DNA of 64,000 nt from Heptranchias perlo (Eukaryota). Below the pieces are notes generated by a model, which was given only the letters and a program-made list of their open reading frames with translations, made no database searches and was not told the origin of the DNA. A program made the translations under genes and the position numbers. Every line of letters begins with the position of its first letter. Position 1 is the stretch's first letter. Shown in pieces: positions 1-13,759 of the stretch. Where the stretch lies: the NCBI RefSeq assembly GCF_035084215.1, contig NC_090326.1:54002001-54066000 (forward strand), read 5' to 3'.

Positions 1-279
1 CTGCTTCAGCATAAATGTGGCCTAAATCAGTTACACGCAAATGTCCTCAGAAAAATTACAGTGCAGCACCGCTATTACGCCATAGTTACGTCAAAACTTT
101 CCAGGAAATTCTGGGCCTATATATTCTACCACAGGTGGACCATAAAGCACTATAACATTGACAACCAAATATCAGGACATTACAAAGAACAGCTCAGAAT
201 ACAAAGACTATCGTCCCTATGCAAAGGCAGGGGCACAAAAATGGAAGTAGGATTTTAAAAAAAACAAATTCAAAATGTT

Positions 280-413
280 GTTTTGATGTAAGCTCCTCAA
301 CTTGAAACCTTAACTCTGTTTCTCTCTCCACAGATGCTGCCTGAACTGCTGAGGGTTTCCAGCTTTTTCTGTTTTTATTTCAGATTTCCAGCATCTGCAG
401 CATTTTGCTTTTG
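280..413 (+). mobile_element. Penelope-like element pseudo-LTR 3' fragment (hammerhead core decayed)
   Basis: GAAACCTTAACTCTGTTTCTCTCTCCACAGATGCTGCCTGA...CAGATTTCCAGCATCTGCAG matches the terminal segment attached to the RT/GIY-YIG element at 33801-35375 and the copies at 38281 and 43045. Confidence 0.75.
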
Positions 414-1324
414 TAAATAAAAGAAAATAAACTTAGAATAGCAACAATTATGATTTTTTATATAATAAGTCAATATTGCATAAATAGTTAATCCTAAAGC
501 AATCATGCACCATTTAAGTTTTCTCCTATTTCCACTGAAACTTAGTTCTTTTAGAATATCATACTACATGACATCAGTAAATTAACTTCCTAGCTATATA
601 AAGTGCACCTGACATATCTAATTTAACATCCCATGAGATTATCTCATTTATATCATACACTGATGAAAAACACTTACTTAATCAGACAATAATTCTTAAA
701 ATAAAAAGATAGGCTGCTTTAAGCAATATTATCCACATACTTATTGTAATAGAAGTGATCAATATTTGTGAGTCAGTCTGAACTATTACTTTTCCTTCCA
801 ATTTGAGAATGCCATAGATCAAAGAGCCATTTTCATTTATTTTGCATTGAGTCTTGACAGAGCCCTGCATCATTATACCTTTGTTGTAATTTGCAGAGTT
901 AAGCTGTATACTGCATCTTTCTGATCAAACACTCCATCTCTGTATAATTGTAAACCTTGTCATTTCAACAAACTATGTCAGTCCGTGGAGTAATGACTTC
1001 TATTTGTAATGACCAACGAAATATCTTTGCATATTAAAAACTCAATATGCATGTCATGGCATTGTGGCTGAAGTACAAAGACACAGTAACAGATGTAGCT
1101 ATAGCCTGCTACAATTGTAAATGGCTAAATCCAACATTTTTCGTACTGCAGCATTTGGAAGTTGCACTTAGTTCTGCATCACATTTGTTGTCTTCTGTTG
1201 GGTTTAATTTGAGGCTAAACACCCAAATATTTATTAAATATCTTTTTGGAAAATATTTTATTTGCTAATCCCATCTTTATCAGCAGGCACTAATTTGAAA
1301 ATGGTACCTACTGCGTTGTTAAGA

Positions 1325-1572
1325 AAAAAACAAAGACTTGCATTTATATAGCACCTTTTACAACCTCAGGATGTCCCAAAGTGTTTTACAACCAATAGAA
1401 TACTTTTGAAGTGTAGTTGTTGTATAATATAGGAAATGCAGCAGTTAATTTGTACACAGCAAGGTACCACACTCTGTCAGTACTGCACTGGAGTCTAGAT
1501 TATGTGCTGAAGTCTCTGGAGTGGGGCTTGAACCCACAACCTTCATGATTCAGAGACAAGAGTACTAAGCTA
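1325..1572 (-). mobile_element. Deu-family tRNA-derived SINE, internally deleted
   Basis: Reverse complement matches the tail (ATATAAATGCAAGTCTTT) and head (B box GGTTCAAGCCC) of the full copies at 47285 and 63242; middle missing. Confidence 0.8.
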
Positions 1573-2699
1573 TGGTTGATAGCAACAGCCAGTTATGCTG
1601 CCAGCTGCACAGTGCTCTCAGATTTGGGACAAGGATTGCACTACAAAAACTTGAATACATTCATATGCAGTGCTATCCCGCGTTGAAATGCCAGTTAAAT
1701 TTTTAATGATATTGAAGAGCCAACAGTCACACTTTACTGAAAGTTGAAGCTGGCCAAGTAAAATTAAAATGTGAAAAGTTTGGCTTTGTGCCAGTTTTAT
1801 TTTTGCATTGATGTTAGATATGAGACGATCTTTGGAAGGTACATTCTGCTACTAGAAATCTAGTTGTTAGTAATTATTTGAGTGACTATTACTGCATTTA
1901 AGTCAATAATACACACTCTACTTTTGAATTTTAGATTCATAAATGGTATTAATAATGGATCTGCTATGTGAAGGTTTTTGATTCAACATCACTGGAATGC
2001 TGCAGTCAATATAGATGGCACATTTTATATTGTTCCAAGATTATAAGCAGATCTTTTTTTATAATGGTGCATTTGGGTTGACAGATGGTCCTGACTCACC
2101 ACACTGCCAAAAGCAAGCAACAGTACTGTATATAATATTTATTCCTATGACTTCCAACTTGGACTTAATATATGGAGCCAAAGTAGTGTTTGTAACATAC
2201 TCCTTTACATTAAACTTTCTACTTGTTTTTCAACCTAATAGTGCATTGAATGATGTATAATGGTGATGAAATTCCTCACGGTGTTACACGAATGGAAAAA
2301 AGATTTGTGCCCGCCAGTGGTCAGGAGAGGTAATTACACGAGGGTTGTTATGCACTGGGTTAGCTCATTTGTATATCTGTTGGAATAGTCCTTTGAATAA
2401 AATCCGTGTAAAAGAGCTGTAATAAGCTGGAGTGCATGGAAGTTAGAGAGCAGCCTTTAAAAAGACAATTCTGGCTGAACATTTAAGCAGCAGATGGTGG
2501 GGCAACCAGGTAAGGAAGGAGCAATGCTTAGCTCACTCACTTGACTCTCACATATCTTCACCCGTCAATCTTTCTCTCTTACTTTTCTACAGCAGGAACA
2601 GTTGGAACAAGCAGGCAAACAAGACAGCAGGGCATGGCACCCAGACATAGAAGAAGAACCCAGAATTTTACAGACTCCAAACACTCCTGGAAGAAATAG

Positions 2700-2875
2700 A
2701 ACTAATAGGACAGAGACTGTAGGATGTCCATTGCCAGCAAATCTGTCAGAAATCGCACTCGTGCCACCTGGAGGGAGGTGGTGCTGGCATTGAGTGACAA
2801 TTCTTTCATCCCCAGGACTGACGGGCAATGGTTCAAGAAGTTCAATGACATCACCAGAGCAGGCAAGTTAACACA
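2700..2875 (+). pseudogene. PIF/Harbinger Myb/SANT-like DNA-binding ORF remnant
   Basis: Peptide RATWREVVLALSDNSFIPRTDGQWFKKFNDITRAGK fits the W..V....RT..QC.KKFNDL pattern of Harbinger Myb/SANT proteins, also seen at 56510-56790. Confidence 0.65.
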
Positions 2876-3499
2876 CTGCACACTCTCCCTTTTCTTCCTT
2901 GCCCACTATGGGCATCAGTCCACTCTTCACTCTCTCAAAGCAACACTTGTACAATTAACCATTCACATTGCACTCTGGTTAAGGTTGGATCTAACTTTGC
3001 ATCTTGCACTATGGCTACCTTGTTCCCCACACAGGAATTACTTACATGTACAACCCTAAAACCTCTTCCTCCAATTTAATAAACTAATACTCCCACGTCT
3101 GTTACCTCACCTCCATGGAAGCACAGATTGTAAGAGATTGACTGCACAGATTGTGTGTGTAAACCCAGGAAACTGAGAACTGCAGCACCATTGGCCCTCG
3201 TTACCATATCCTCGGCACTCAGGAATTGATGGGTGGATCACAGGAACAGCCATAAAGCTTGAGAGAAGCAATTAAATGGCAGAGAACTGGTGGAAATGGT
3301 GTCCACTCTATTTTCCATCCACAAAAACTTTCTTGCCCCAATTATGCATTGGAAATACACTCCCGATAAATCCATAGCTAAGGGTGGATCGTTCCATATT
3401 TTCCAATTTAAAAATACTAATTCAACAACAAATATGCAATGTTATTTTGTATATTACATGATTGCATCAGTATTTCAGTTTTAAATAATTTTTAAAATT

Positions 3500-3960
3500 T
3501 AGGGCCAATTTTAACCCGACCAGCCCAGCAGGCGGGATGGAAATTAAAATCGCCCAGGTTACTTACCTGCCCTGGAGCCGCCAGGAGCTGAGCAGTTACG
3601 ATTTTAACCTGCTCAACTGAGCAGGCGGCAAGAACATCCTGGGCCAGGAGATGCAAGTGTGCTTCTCTAGGCCCCACAAGGAAAGCCTAGGCTTCCACCG
3701 CCGCAGACTTGCAACCCTCTCCCTGATTGCGAGACCTCCACGGGACAGCATCAGCAGTCAATCCCGCCACTTATCTGGTCTTGGCAGGCGTTCTCTAGGC
3801 CATACGATTTTCCGCCACTTCCCACCCAGAATGGCCAAAATGGGTGGAAAGTCGCCCATGAGACCCAGGAGTTCATTTATCCCGGGCTTCATCTCTGGAG
3901 CAGTGGTTGAGTTTCTAACTAACACTGACCCAAAACTGGTCCGGAGTTAAAACCCGGGCT
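3500..3960. mobile_element. Harbinger-type MITE (GC-rich, imperfect TIRs)
   Basis: GC-rich block in AT-rich flanks; starts GGGCCAATTTTAAC and ends GTTAAAACCCGGGCT. Confidence 0.45.
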
Positions 3961-6139
3961 TTTATCTCAGCATTTTCATGTCACCTGTCCTTTAACATCG
4001 ATAGTAGCATAGTAACAATTTTCAGGCAGATGTAAACCATTAATCCATCGAGCCTACTTATCCAACTTCCTACAAGATTACCTTGAATATTCCTAAATCT
4101 AATAACCCTGAATTTATTGCCCGTCAGCATCTGTATCATAGTTAATTGTGATGTGACTGTTAAGAGCTGCAGTTTGACCACAGACTGGAGGCCTGTATAA
4201 GACTGCAGCTTCTAGAATATATTGCAGAATCTCTAACCAACATGAGAACAATGGTGACTCTTTATGAATAACAATTACAATTGTTTAGGCTTCCCTTGCA
4301 GAAAAAAATATTTTGCTATTGTGTAAGAAAGTGAAATAACTGAAGCAAATGTTTTCAAATTCCAGTATATTATCCTTTAGAACGTTATTCATTTGTGAGA
4401 TAAGCCCCTTTAGAGGATACTCAGTAAGAGATAGCACCAGCATGTAACTCTGCATTTTAAGAGCCATTTAAATAAGATTGCTTCTCTGTGATAATTACTT
4501 GTATTTTTTTGTGTAAAAGGAAATATGAATTTCTAGCTTGTAAAGTTAGGCTATTGCTTCAGTACCATTTCTTCAAAGGGTACGTACAGAGTTCCAAAAC
4601 TAACATCATGTCAATTTATGTGCATAATGTTTAACTATTTCCATGTAATGTAAGTTCAATAGCTACTTAGCCACAGGAAAAATTTGGTTTCTTTGTACAG
4701 TCGGCAGCAAATGTACAGCTGAAACTCAAATACTTATAATTTGAAAAGAGTGTACAACATTTGGGGATCTTATGCTACAACAGTCATAAATTAAGACTGG
4801 CCTAATTTTGGGAATTGCACATCATCCTTGCTATAGAGAAGAAATGCTAATATTTTTAGTACAGATTCTATTCAAATTTATCAAATAGGAGCAACCCATC
4901 GGCTGTTTAAGGCGTTATAAATACATTGTATAAATATATGTAGCCTATGCTATCAAAATAATATATGTAGCACATTCCAAGTCATTGCAAGCAAATCTAA
5001 ATTCAAACAAACATGGATGGTTTCATTCTTGGAGGCTGAACAGAGAATGTTGTAATATTCTTAATTCCATTGTTAACGTCTATATGAATGTTGTACACAT
5101 CATGGTGATGGAACATTTCCCTGTTAATGACAAGCACTTACATGTTGGGAGATTATGGTTAGATGCAGCAAAGCTCCCTCTGTTCTGTCCCAGTACCCCA
5201 TGCCTAAGATTAACACTTTTCTTGTAAACTGTCTGAGTAAAACTATTATATTTTTATCTGTTATTGATGTGATGTTGGTTTGTCCTCTCTAGAAGCTCAG
5301 TTGAGACTGCTCAGACTCATTTCAAAAGGTTTAAAGAAACTTTTCTCTTCATTATTTTGGGCTGGATTTGAACCCAGGTCCAAGAAGTTGAAAGGCTGCT
5401 ACACCAACCAGTTTGCCACTCCTGGATCATTATATTGATGAACATGTCATATATCAATATTTGTGGGTTTTGTTAGCTGCTACCAATGTTTATAAGGTTT
5501 ATTACAGGTTCTATATTATACTGTCATCTCAGCCCAGAGCTGGTGCCTGTAAGGAAGGAAAGTAAAGATATTACTAGAAATTATTCATCATGTGAGGATG
5601 ACCTGGCATCTCATGAATATCATAATTTCAATATTATCAAATGTTCCATTAGTAGAAGGCTACTTCAAGGTTGCATTTTTACAGTGAGGCAACAACATTG
5701 CATCCCTATGAAAATCAGCGATCTGGCTGCTCCCAATGCTCTTATTTTGTCCTGCATAAAATATAACTGAAAGTTTCTACCTAAAGAATTGAAGAGGATG
5801 TCATGCCTTTACTGTGGCTACCGTATGTGTCACATTGCCATGACAATTACTTGAGTGAGACAGTCAACTTTAGCTGATTGTGGTTTCATTTTCCCATCCC
5901 ACAGTATATTTTCCCCAACAATGTTTACCAAGATAATCAATAGGCAAGAATGTTAAAAAAAACCTGCTGATTATATTGCATTGTTCATGATGAGTCAGAC
6001 ATTAAGCTGAGGATGCTGTGGAAGTGAGGAAGGGGAGCGCATCTCCACCAAAAGAATTTGGAAAGAAGTTTGTAAAAAGATCTCCTAAATGACAGTGCAG
6101 TAAGTGTTTTTGATTGATTATGAGGAAACTGAACAAATT

Positions 6140-7420
6140 GGGCCTGTAATTCTGGTGGGCCCATTCTGCGGTGCATGTGCAATGGAGCAGGCTATAAGAC
6201 CGCCTATATCAGACAACCTGGATCCCATCCTAAACTGCAGGGAAGGACTGATTTGCATTGTCAGGGCAAATGACCCGTGCCAGTAGGGAGGCAACAGCAG
6301 ACTTCAATGGAAAATAAAATTGGGCAGGGTAGAAAATGAGCTGCTGATTCACTGTCAGCGATATTGCACTGCCACCCAAGTCGTGTTTCAACCCCAACTC
6401 TCTCTCTCCCCCCCCTTACATATAAGCACATTTTGGGGATGATTTTCAACTGTTGGTCACCCATTTCTCACCTTAAAAATGGGTGGCCTGCTGTTGAATA
6501 TCATGGTGGGGTGCCACCTTGCCCGCCCCATCGACTGCCAAGTCCCGATTGATGCAATTTTCAAACGGGCGTGTAACGGGGGGAGCGGTACACCCACCTA
6601 TTTTCGGCATAAGGCTACTTAAATATGCAAATTGGGGTCCTACGTATGCGCGCTCCGCCTATTTGATCCAGCCGATGTGCAGTGCTTAAAGGGATCGCTG
6701 GTGGCTGTTAATTGTATCTATGTGATTTATTCCAATTAATGTTAACTGTATTCAGGTGGTGGATATCAATTGGGGACTCTCTTGTATCCATTTATAGGAG
6801 GGAGCTTATCTTGGGGGGACACGATGTGTAAGGGGAATCTCTGTAAATAAAGGCTTGGAAGCAACTGAAGACCAGGCTCTAGTATTCTATCCTTCACCAC
6901 ATGGCTATCAATTTACAACAGTGGCCACTCAAGAAAAGGCCCAGAATTTTTTGGGGGACAATTTTTGTGGGACTAGAAGGAGAAAGGGTACTCCTCCTAG
7001 GTCCATAAGAATAATGTGGTCTGCTGCTGGTCCTTGCTGGACTTCCTCTGGGTTTGGGTCCACCACCTCCTCCCCCCACCCCCAGGCCCGAACTGCTGGC
7101 TGGCTCCCTCAGTGAAGGAGCAGGCCAATGTCCCTCCTCCCACAACCGGCGAGCTGCTGCGTGGATTGTGGCCTGTATCTCTGAAGAGGAGCAGGTCTTT
7201 TTTTCCGACCCCTTTAAAAAGAGTGGTCATTGTGGGCAGCTTTCAGATATTTGCGGGGGAATCTGGCATCTGGCACCCCTCCCCCGGGTCTGACATCCTT
7301 TGGCCATAATTTGCACTCTTATTGGTGGGCTGACGCTCTAGATGCACCTTTAGTGGCCTGGGCTCCTGCTAGTCAGATATTAATTGGTGGACCTCTTCTG
7401 ACCCCACAGACTTGGGCCAG
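6140..7420. mobile_element. Cluster of non-autonomous Harbinger-derived sequence
   Basis: Several GGGNNNNATTTT-type termini (6140, 6435, 6947) and GC-rich internal motifs shared with other MITEs here; boundaries uncertain. Confidence 0.35.
6706..6920 (+). mobile_element. Solo LTR (215 bp) of an LTR retrotransposon
   Basis: TGTT...AACA termini, exact 5-bp TSD GTGGC (6701-6705 and 6921-6925), TTTATAG TATA-like motif and AATAAA at about 6846. Confidence 0.75.
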
Positions 7421-7713
7421 CTTATTTAGACTGAAAAATAGAGAGGAAAAAGTAAAATGATTGTCCTAAACATAAATACTAATTTTAGCTGAAGAATTAT
7501 TCGTAGCCAGGTATACATCTCCAGGCAAAATGTGTCATCTCCCAAGAGGAAACGTGAGTGAAAATTAGAGGGGACAAAATACACAAACACCACTGAGCAT
7601 AGTTTCTTTCAAATTGAGAACTACTTTCTCCCACATTTGAAATGTAATTTTAGTCCCTGATCTATCAACATCGATCATTAACAGCATTTTGACAAGTTAT
7701 TAAAACAAGAGTT

Positions 7714-8284
7714 TTGGTTAGGCCACAGCTGGAGTACTGTGTGCAGTTCTGGTCGCCACACTACAGGAAGGATGTGATCGCTTTGCAGAGGGTGCAGAGG
7801 AGATTCACCAGGATGTTACCAGGGCTGGAGCGCTTCAGCTATGAAGAGAGACTGGGAAGATTGGGTTTGTTTTCCTTGGAGCAGAGGAGGCTGAGGGGGG
7901 ACATGATTGAGGTGTACAAAATTATGAGGGGCACAGATAGGATGGATACTAAGGAGCTTTTTCCCTTCGTTGAGGGTTCTATAACAAGGGGACATAGATT
8001 CAAGGTAAAAGGCGGGAGGTTTAGAGGGGATTTGAGAAAGAACTTTTTCACCCAGAGGGTGGCTGGAGTCTGGAACTCACTGCCTGAAAGGGTTGTGGAG
8101 GCAGGAACCCTCACAACATTCAAGAAGCATTTGGATGAGCACTTGAAATGCTCAAGGCTACGGACCAAATGCTGGAATATGGGATTAGAGTAGACAGGGC
8201 TGATGGCCGGCGCGGACACGATGGGTCGAAGGGCCTCTATCCATGCTGTATAACTCTATGACTCTCTTACTCTCTATGACTCTA
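7714..8284 (+). mobile_element. CR1 LINE 3' fragment (ORF2 C-terminus plus 3' UTR)
   Basis: ORF 7714-8193 VRPQLEYCVQFWSP...LEQRRLRGD...FFTQRV..WNSLP; ends in CTCTATGA microsatellite. Confidence 0.95.
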
Positions 8285-8486
8285 AGAGAATAATTAATTA
8301 AACCAAGATGAGTATTTTAAGTTTTTATTTTAAATTTTGTCCCATATTGCTCATGAAGTCTCCCGTTACAAACTTTCCCCGGCCAAAAAAACAAGCCAAA
8401 ATCTTTCCCGTGCCTTCGCCCAGTGCTATTTTACATTTAGGTGCTTGGGCTCAGACTGGAGCATTTACGGGTGATTGTCCGTTTAA

Positions 8487-8645
8487 AGGGTAATTTTCTG
8501 ACTTTGTACTGCCAGTGGGAAGTCTAGTCCAGCAGCAATATATTTTGGAAATTCAGGAGTGCAAACAATTGCCCAGATTTCAAATTCCAGTGCTCCTGAC
8601 AGGCTAGGCTCCCTGATAGCATTGTGAAGTCGGAAAATTACTCCT
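8487..8645. mobile_element. Short MITE
   Basis: Imperfect TIRs AGGGTAATTTTCTGACTT / AAGTCGGAAAATTACTCCT. Confidence 0.55.
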
Positions 8646-9635
8646 TTTATCTGTCTTTGACCTTTGTTTGACACCATTCCAAAATGCTGTAATTGAGAAA
8701 AGAAAATTTACCAGGTGGACATTCATAGCTGTGACCCTCCATCTTAACACTGTGATGCAATGTACTGGAGGCTTAAATACTAAATCGCCATGCTACCCCA
8801 ATCAGGCTATTGTTTTTTCAAAAGATTGTCAGGATATTCACCAAATATAATTTTCTTTCAATGCAATGGATAGGTATCACATACAATTCCAAATATGAAT
8901 GTATTGGTTACTACACTTTTAAATTGTCCCATTATGTCTAGTAAAAAAAATCAAACTAGTCTCAGTGATTGAAAACATTTGCTTTATGACTCTGTATATG
9001 GGAACTACAAAACGTATTTAAGGCAGGCTTTAATAACTCAAATGAAGTAAATGCTTGCCAGAGATCAGCGGGCACAGTGGCATGGAGTCCAGTAGCACTG
9101 GCAGTCATGAAGTGGCAATGAATGATGTTGCTGTCTCTTCCAATGACAACATAGCCACACCATCCCATTCCGCTAAGCCCCCCCCCCCCCTCCAATTACA
9201 TCATATGTGACACAAATGAGTAGGGCAGAAATGCAACAGCCTGCAACTGGGCCACCTCAGGCCTATGCTCTCAGTACCAAGAGACTCCCAAAGACATACA
9301 ATTGCCAGCCAGGCTCCAATCATTGGGGTTGCAGAGAAGAAGCACAAGATTAGGTGGCACAATACAACACACACAGGCTGTTAGGAAGGGCAAGTACCAG
9401 GGTAGCCAGCAGTAGAATGTGAGGCTTGTCACATTTTGAAAAACAAAATAATGTGATAGTTGAGTTGCAGTATGTGCAGAGAGTTTCATTTGTTATGCCT
9501 CTGGGCATGCTATGTGCAGTTGAAAGGAGTGATATAGCTGGCAGATTATTAGGTCTTCTGTGTAATGTAAAGAATTGTGATTTATTCCAGAAAAAGGTGA
9601 AGGAAGTCAGTTGATGCAAAGAGTGAATGGCATGA

Positions 9636-9911
9636 TTAAAAGATGTTGACTAGAAGACTGTCGAATGGCCCATGCAGCTGGCAAACATACTTGTGCAGCT
9701 GGATCCTCATCTTCCTCAGGTTCCTCAGTGACATCTGGTTGCTCCATACGGGTTCCTCATGATGATCAAAGTTAAGGCGCATGCAGTACACCATGATGAT
9801 TTGTGAACAATTAACGCAGCAAAACTGCTGCTTCACCATGTCCATGGTGTGCTCAGTGATGGCTCTGTTAAAAGTACATATCTCACTGTACCCGCTGTTC
9901 ATGGCTGCCAC
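9636..9911 (-). pseudogene. Decayed Harbinger transposase C-terminal fragment
   Basis: RAITEHTMDMVKQQFCCVNCS aligns by eye with RCVIEQTIGVLKMCFRCLDRS at 23687-24061. Confidence 0.45.
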
Positions 9912-10404
9912 AGAGGGATTGTGAGCTTGGCCTCAGTTGGTATCCATGGTTGCCTGAGATCCAAACTAGCACTTTTTGGTTAGGAACAAACAATAGGGGC
10001 ATGGTAGACTGACTTAAAATGAAGCTATCATGAGTGCTGCTGGATAAGAAGGCATTCCCCTATACTACGCTGGCAAGCTAATCACTAATGAGCTGCACAT
10101 TGATTGAATGGTAGCTCTTTCTGTTTACGTATGGTCCAATCCTATAGAGTTACATGCAAACAATTGATTACACCCTGAACAGTAGATCCTGCTATTTAAA
10201 AGAACCTAAAGGCTCTCTCCTGTTGTTGCCTTCTGCCCATGGGCAATGTGACATAATTGCTTGCTTTTGTGTAAAGTGCATCATTTAGCGAATATATCTA
10301 TGGACTGGAGATTGGCTGAAGTTGCTGATATCCCCGTTGCCAGCCTGTAAAGAGCCCCAAGAAAAACTTTCAGGGATGTAGTGACCACTGTCTCAGGCTG
10401 AACC

Positions 10405-10850
10405 AGACTGTTCTCAACTTTGTCAGCCTATTCGTCCCAAGCTGAGCTTCTGACCCCATCACCGCTGTCCTTGAGGACCCACATTGGCTCCCAGTCTCAC
10501 AACGCCTCAAATTTAAAATTCTCATCCCAGTGTTTAAATTCCACCACCCCCCCCACCCCGCCCATGGCCTTGTCCTCCATATCTCTGTCACATCCATCAG
10601 TCCTATAGCACCTTCAACCTCTCCGTTCCTCTGAATCTGGCCTCTTGTGCATCCTTCCTCAGGGAAGATGAGGAGAATAAGGAGAGGTAACATGCCATGG
10701 TTGCCATCACAAAGGATGTCACCAGTGACATTGACTATGATACTTACGGTGCTGTGGGCTTCGTGGAGGCCAGATTGAAGAGGCTCAAAAAGGATTTTAA
10801 CAAAATATAAATCTAAGATTAATTTTTCCAACAGATTGGAATATTGCACA
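10405..10850. mobile_element. L2 LINE fragments (+ 10405-10660; - 10660-10850)
   Basis: CCCATCACCGCTGTCCTT...CACATTGGCTCCCAGTC...TTTAAAATTCTC corresponds to the L2 ORF2 ITPVL..LHWLPV..FKIL region; the adjacent part resembles an inverted RT-region fragment. Confidence 0.55.
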
Positions 10851-11457
10851 TTACTCTAATGAATGGTTAAATAGAATTATAAACCAGCATTACTTGAACA
10901 AAATAGTCCTTTACATAAGAAAGTACAGACTCTTCAGTATAAACAGGAGCCTTTGTATTTGCATTTTGAACTCAGATAGGTGAGTAATTTAAGAAATTCC
11001 TGGTTGCGAGCACACTTAAGCAATAAATGAATCAACAAACAATGCTAGTAATTTAAACTCAATGGATTTGGCAATACGTAAATTGATAAAGGACAGTCTG
11101 CTTTCAAATATTTTAGGCTGGTTTGCAAATACAATACAGTTAGACGGTACTGGAACAATTGAAAGCATAATAACAATGGCTGTAAACATTTCGCACTTGG
11201 AGCTTTCTGTTGCACAATGACTAAATCAAAAGCACCCGAGAATTGAAAAAAAACTTATTACTAGTGGCTTTGAACAAGTTGGCACTGATGTTGATACAAA
11301 GGAAAATGGATGTTGTTATACTGCTACTATTAAATGCTTCTGTATTATCTGCTGCCATTAGAGTACAATAGAGTGCAATAAAGTGCAATAGTTTACAGCA
11401 CCAATAATGTCAGTGACTGTGTATATGATTTAAAAATTGTTGTAGTGCAATAAAATT

Positions 11458-11965
11458 CATAGTATCATAGTATGTTACAGCATAGGAAGAGGCCATTCGG
11501 CCCATTGTGCCTGTGCCGGTTCTTTGAAAGAGATATCCAATTAGTCCTACTCCCCCGCTCATTCCCCATAGCCCTGTGAATTTTTTCCCTTCAATTCCCT
11601 TTTGAAAGTTATTATTGAATCTGCTTCCACCACCCTTTCAAGCAGTGCATTTCAGATCAAAACAACTCGCTGCATAAAAAAATGTTTCCTCACGTTGCCT
11701 CTGGTCCTTTTGCCAATCACCTTAAATCTGTGTCTTCTGGCAACCGACCCTTCTGCTACTGGAAACAGTTTCTCCTTATTTACTCTATCAAAACCGTTCA
11801 TGATTATGACCACCTCTATCAAATCTCCTCTTAATCGTCTCTGCTCTTAGTAGAACAGCCTGCAATGCAGTCTCTCCACATAACTGAAGCACCTCATCTG
11901 TGGTACCATTCTAGTAAATTTCTTCTGCACCCTCTCTAAGGCCTTGACATGATTCCTAAAGTGTG
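11458..11965 (-). mobile_element. CR1 LINE 3' fragment
   Basis: CATAGTATCATAG tail followed by reverse complement of the ORF2 C-terminus, similar to 21200-21687. Confidence 0.9.
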
Positions 11966-12752
11966 CATTCCAGATTATAACAACTTGCTGAGTAAAAAAA
12001 ATTCTCCTCATCTCCCCCTTGGATTAAGCATTTGTATGCAATACTTTAATGAAGACATTGACCCATTTATTTTAATACATCAATGCCTCTTTAAAAATAG
12101 TGGACAAAGGAACTGCATGAAGATACATGAAGTGTTCATGTGCTAATATTAGCATAGCGTAATTTCAAACTTGTTGACACTGGGCATAAACATTTGGGTT
12201 AGGTTAAAATTTGGATTTGGTGTCATCAATTAAAGTTAGTGAAAACATTGTTTCCATGTATCAGGAACTCCCCAGTAGACTACCAGTAACTGGATGACCC
12301 CAATAGATTCTACACATAATTGTTTTGGATTTTCTTTTAAAAATAATTTTTTAAAGGCATCTGAATCTGAGTATTAAAGGTCAGAAATTGAGGGCAGCAC
12401 AAGCCTGAAATTCCAATATGCACTGCTGATGGCAAAGCTCTCGATCGGCAGTACAGATTCATAAAATTATCCATTAAGCATGGTCCCAAAAATGATATGA
12501 AGGATCTCTATAACATATATTTTTTATTTGTTATTTTTATTTTTAGCTTTCTTCCCTATTTCTACTTATGTTTTCCCCACACAATCAAGTCCCAACTATT
12601 GTGCCCCCCTCTGAGTGTGGACACATTCCGAGGTCCAGTCCCGTTCAATCACTATGTCCAAACCATATGCCTCTCTGTCCAACTCTGCCTAACCCTTCCT
12701 CTCTGCCCTCCCCAGATTCCCTTCTTTGTTTTGCCCTCCCTCTCTACTGGAC

Positions 12753-13230
12753 CCAGCACTGACCCAACTAGATCCAGCATTGACCCAACTAGATCTAGCA
12801 CTGACCCAACTAGATCCAGCATTGACCCAACCAGATCTAGCACTGACCCAACTAGATCCAGCACTGACCCAACTAGATCCAGCACTGACCCAACTAGATC
12901 CAGCACTGACCCAACTAGATCCAGCACTGACCCAACTAGATCCAGCATTGACCCAACTAGATCTAGCACTGACCCAACTAGATCCAGCACTGACCCAACT
13001 AGATCCAGCACTGACCCAACTAGATCCAGCACTGACCCAACTAGATCCAGCACTGACCCAACTAGATCCAGCACTGACCCAACTAGATCCAGCACTGACC
13101 CAACTAGATCCAGCACTGACCCAACTAGATCCAGCACTGACCCAACTAGATCCAGCACTGACCCAACTAGATCCAGCACTGACCCAACTAGATCCAGCAC
13201 TGACCCAACTAGATCCAGCACTGACCCAAC
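12753..13230. repeat. 21-bp minisatellite (CCAGCACTGACCCAACTAGAT) x 22 units plus 16 bp
   Basis: Direct tandem array with few C>T variants; explains the overlapping repetitive ORFs at 12497-13271. Confidence 0.98.
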
Positions 13231-13759
13231 CCACTCACCCAATCTCAAATTACATGCACTGTAACAGTTAGCCTTTTATTATAACTCCCCAGGCAACAGG
13301 CTACAACTGCAGCTTATATTTTTCTTGGCAGTGGTGACTAGCATGTGGCCCTGCAGTATGTTAATTACTGCTGCAGGTATTTCTTCACTTCACAGTTAGA
13401 TTCCTGAGTACTCAAAATGCAGAGGAGCATGGAAGATGGGAGATCACTAAAGCCATGGGCTGATCCCTTTTTAAAAGGTTGAATATTTCTTTACAGAAAA
13501 TAATTATGGGTGAGGAAATCAGATGCAGCATTTGGCCAAATTTCCAATGAGGAAGCCTACCTTCCAAGCATGTGAAGTCAGAATATTACCTCTGTGGAGC
13601 TGATAATAAGATCCTTGGCACCCATATTATTGAGTGTTAAAACCATAGGTCTGCTATACAATCATTGTGCATATCCTGATATATTATGGTGGGGATACAC
13701 CTTGTGGTGATTAAGGCCGGTACACCCAGCATGCGCTCAGCCACCACCCCCACAACATT

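Noticed and set aside
682-873. Minus-strand exon candidate MMQGSVKTQCK...
   Set aside because: No convincing splice sites or recognisable similarity; AT-rich background.
12753-13230. CRISPR array
   Set aside because: Units are head-to-tail with no unique spacers, no cas genes, and the DNA is eukaryotic.
12497-13271. Long ORFs (255, 198, 181 aa) as a repeat protein gene
   Set aside because: They arise from a 21-bp unit that lacks stops in several frames; no flanking domain or splice evidence.
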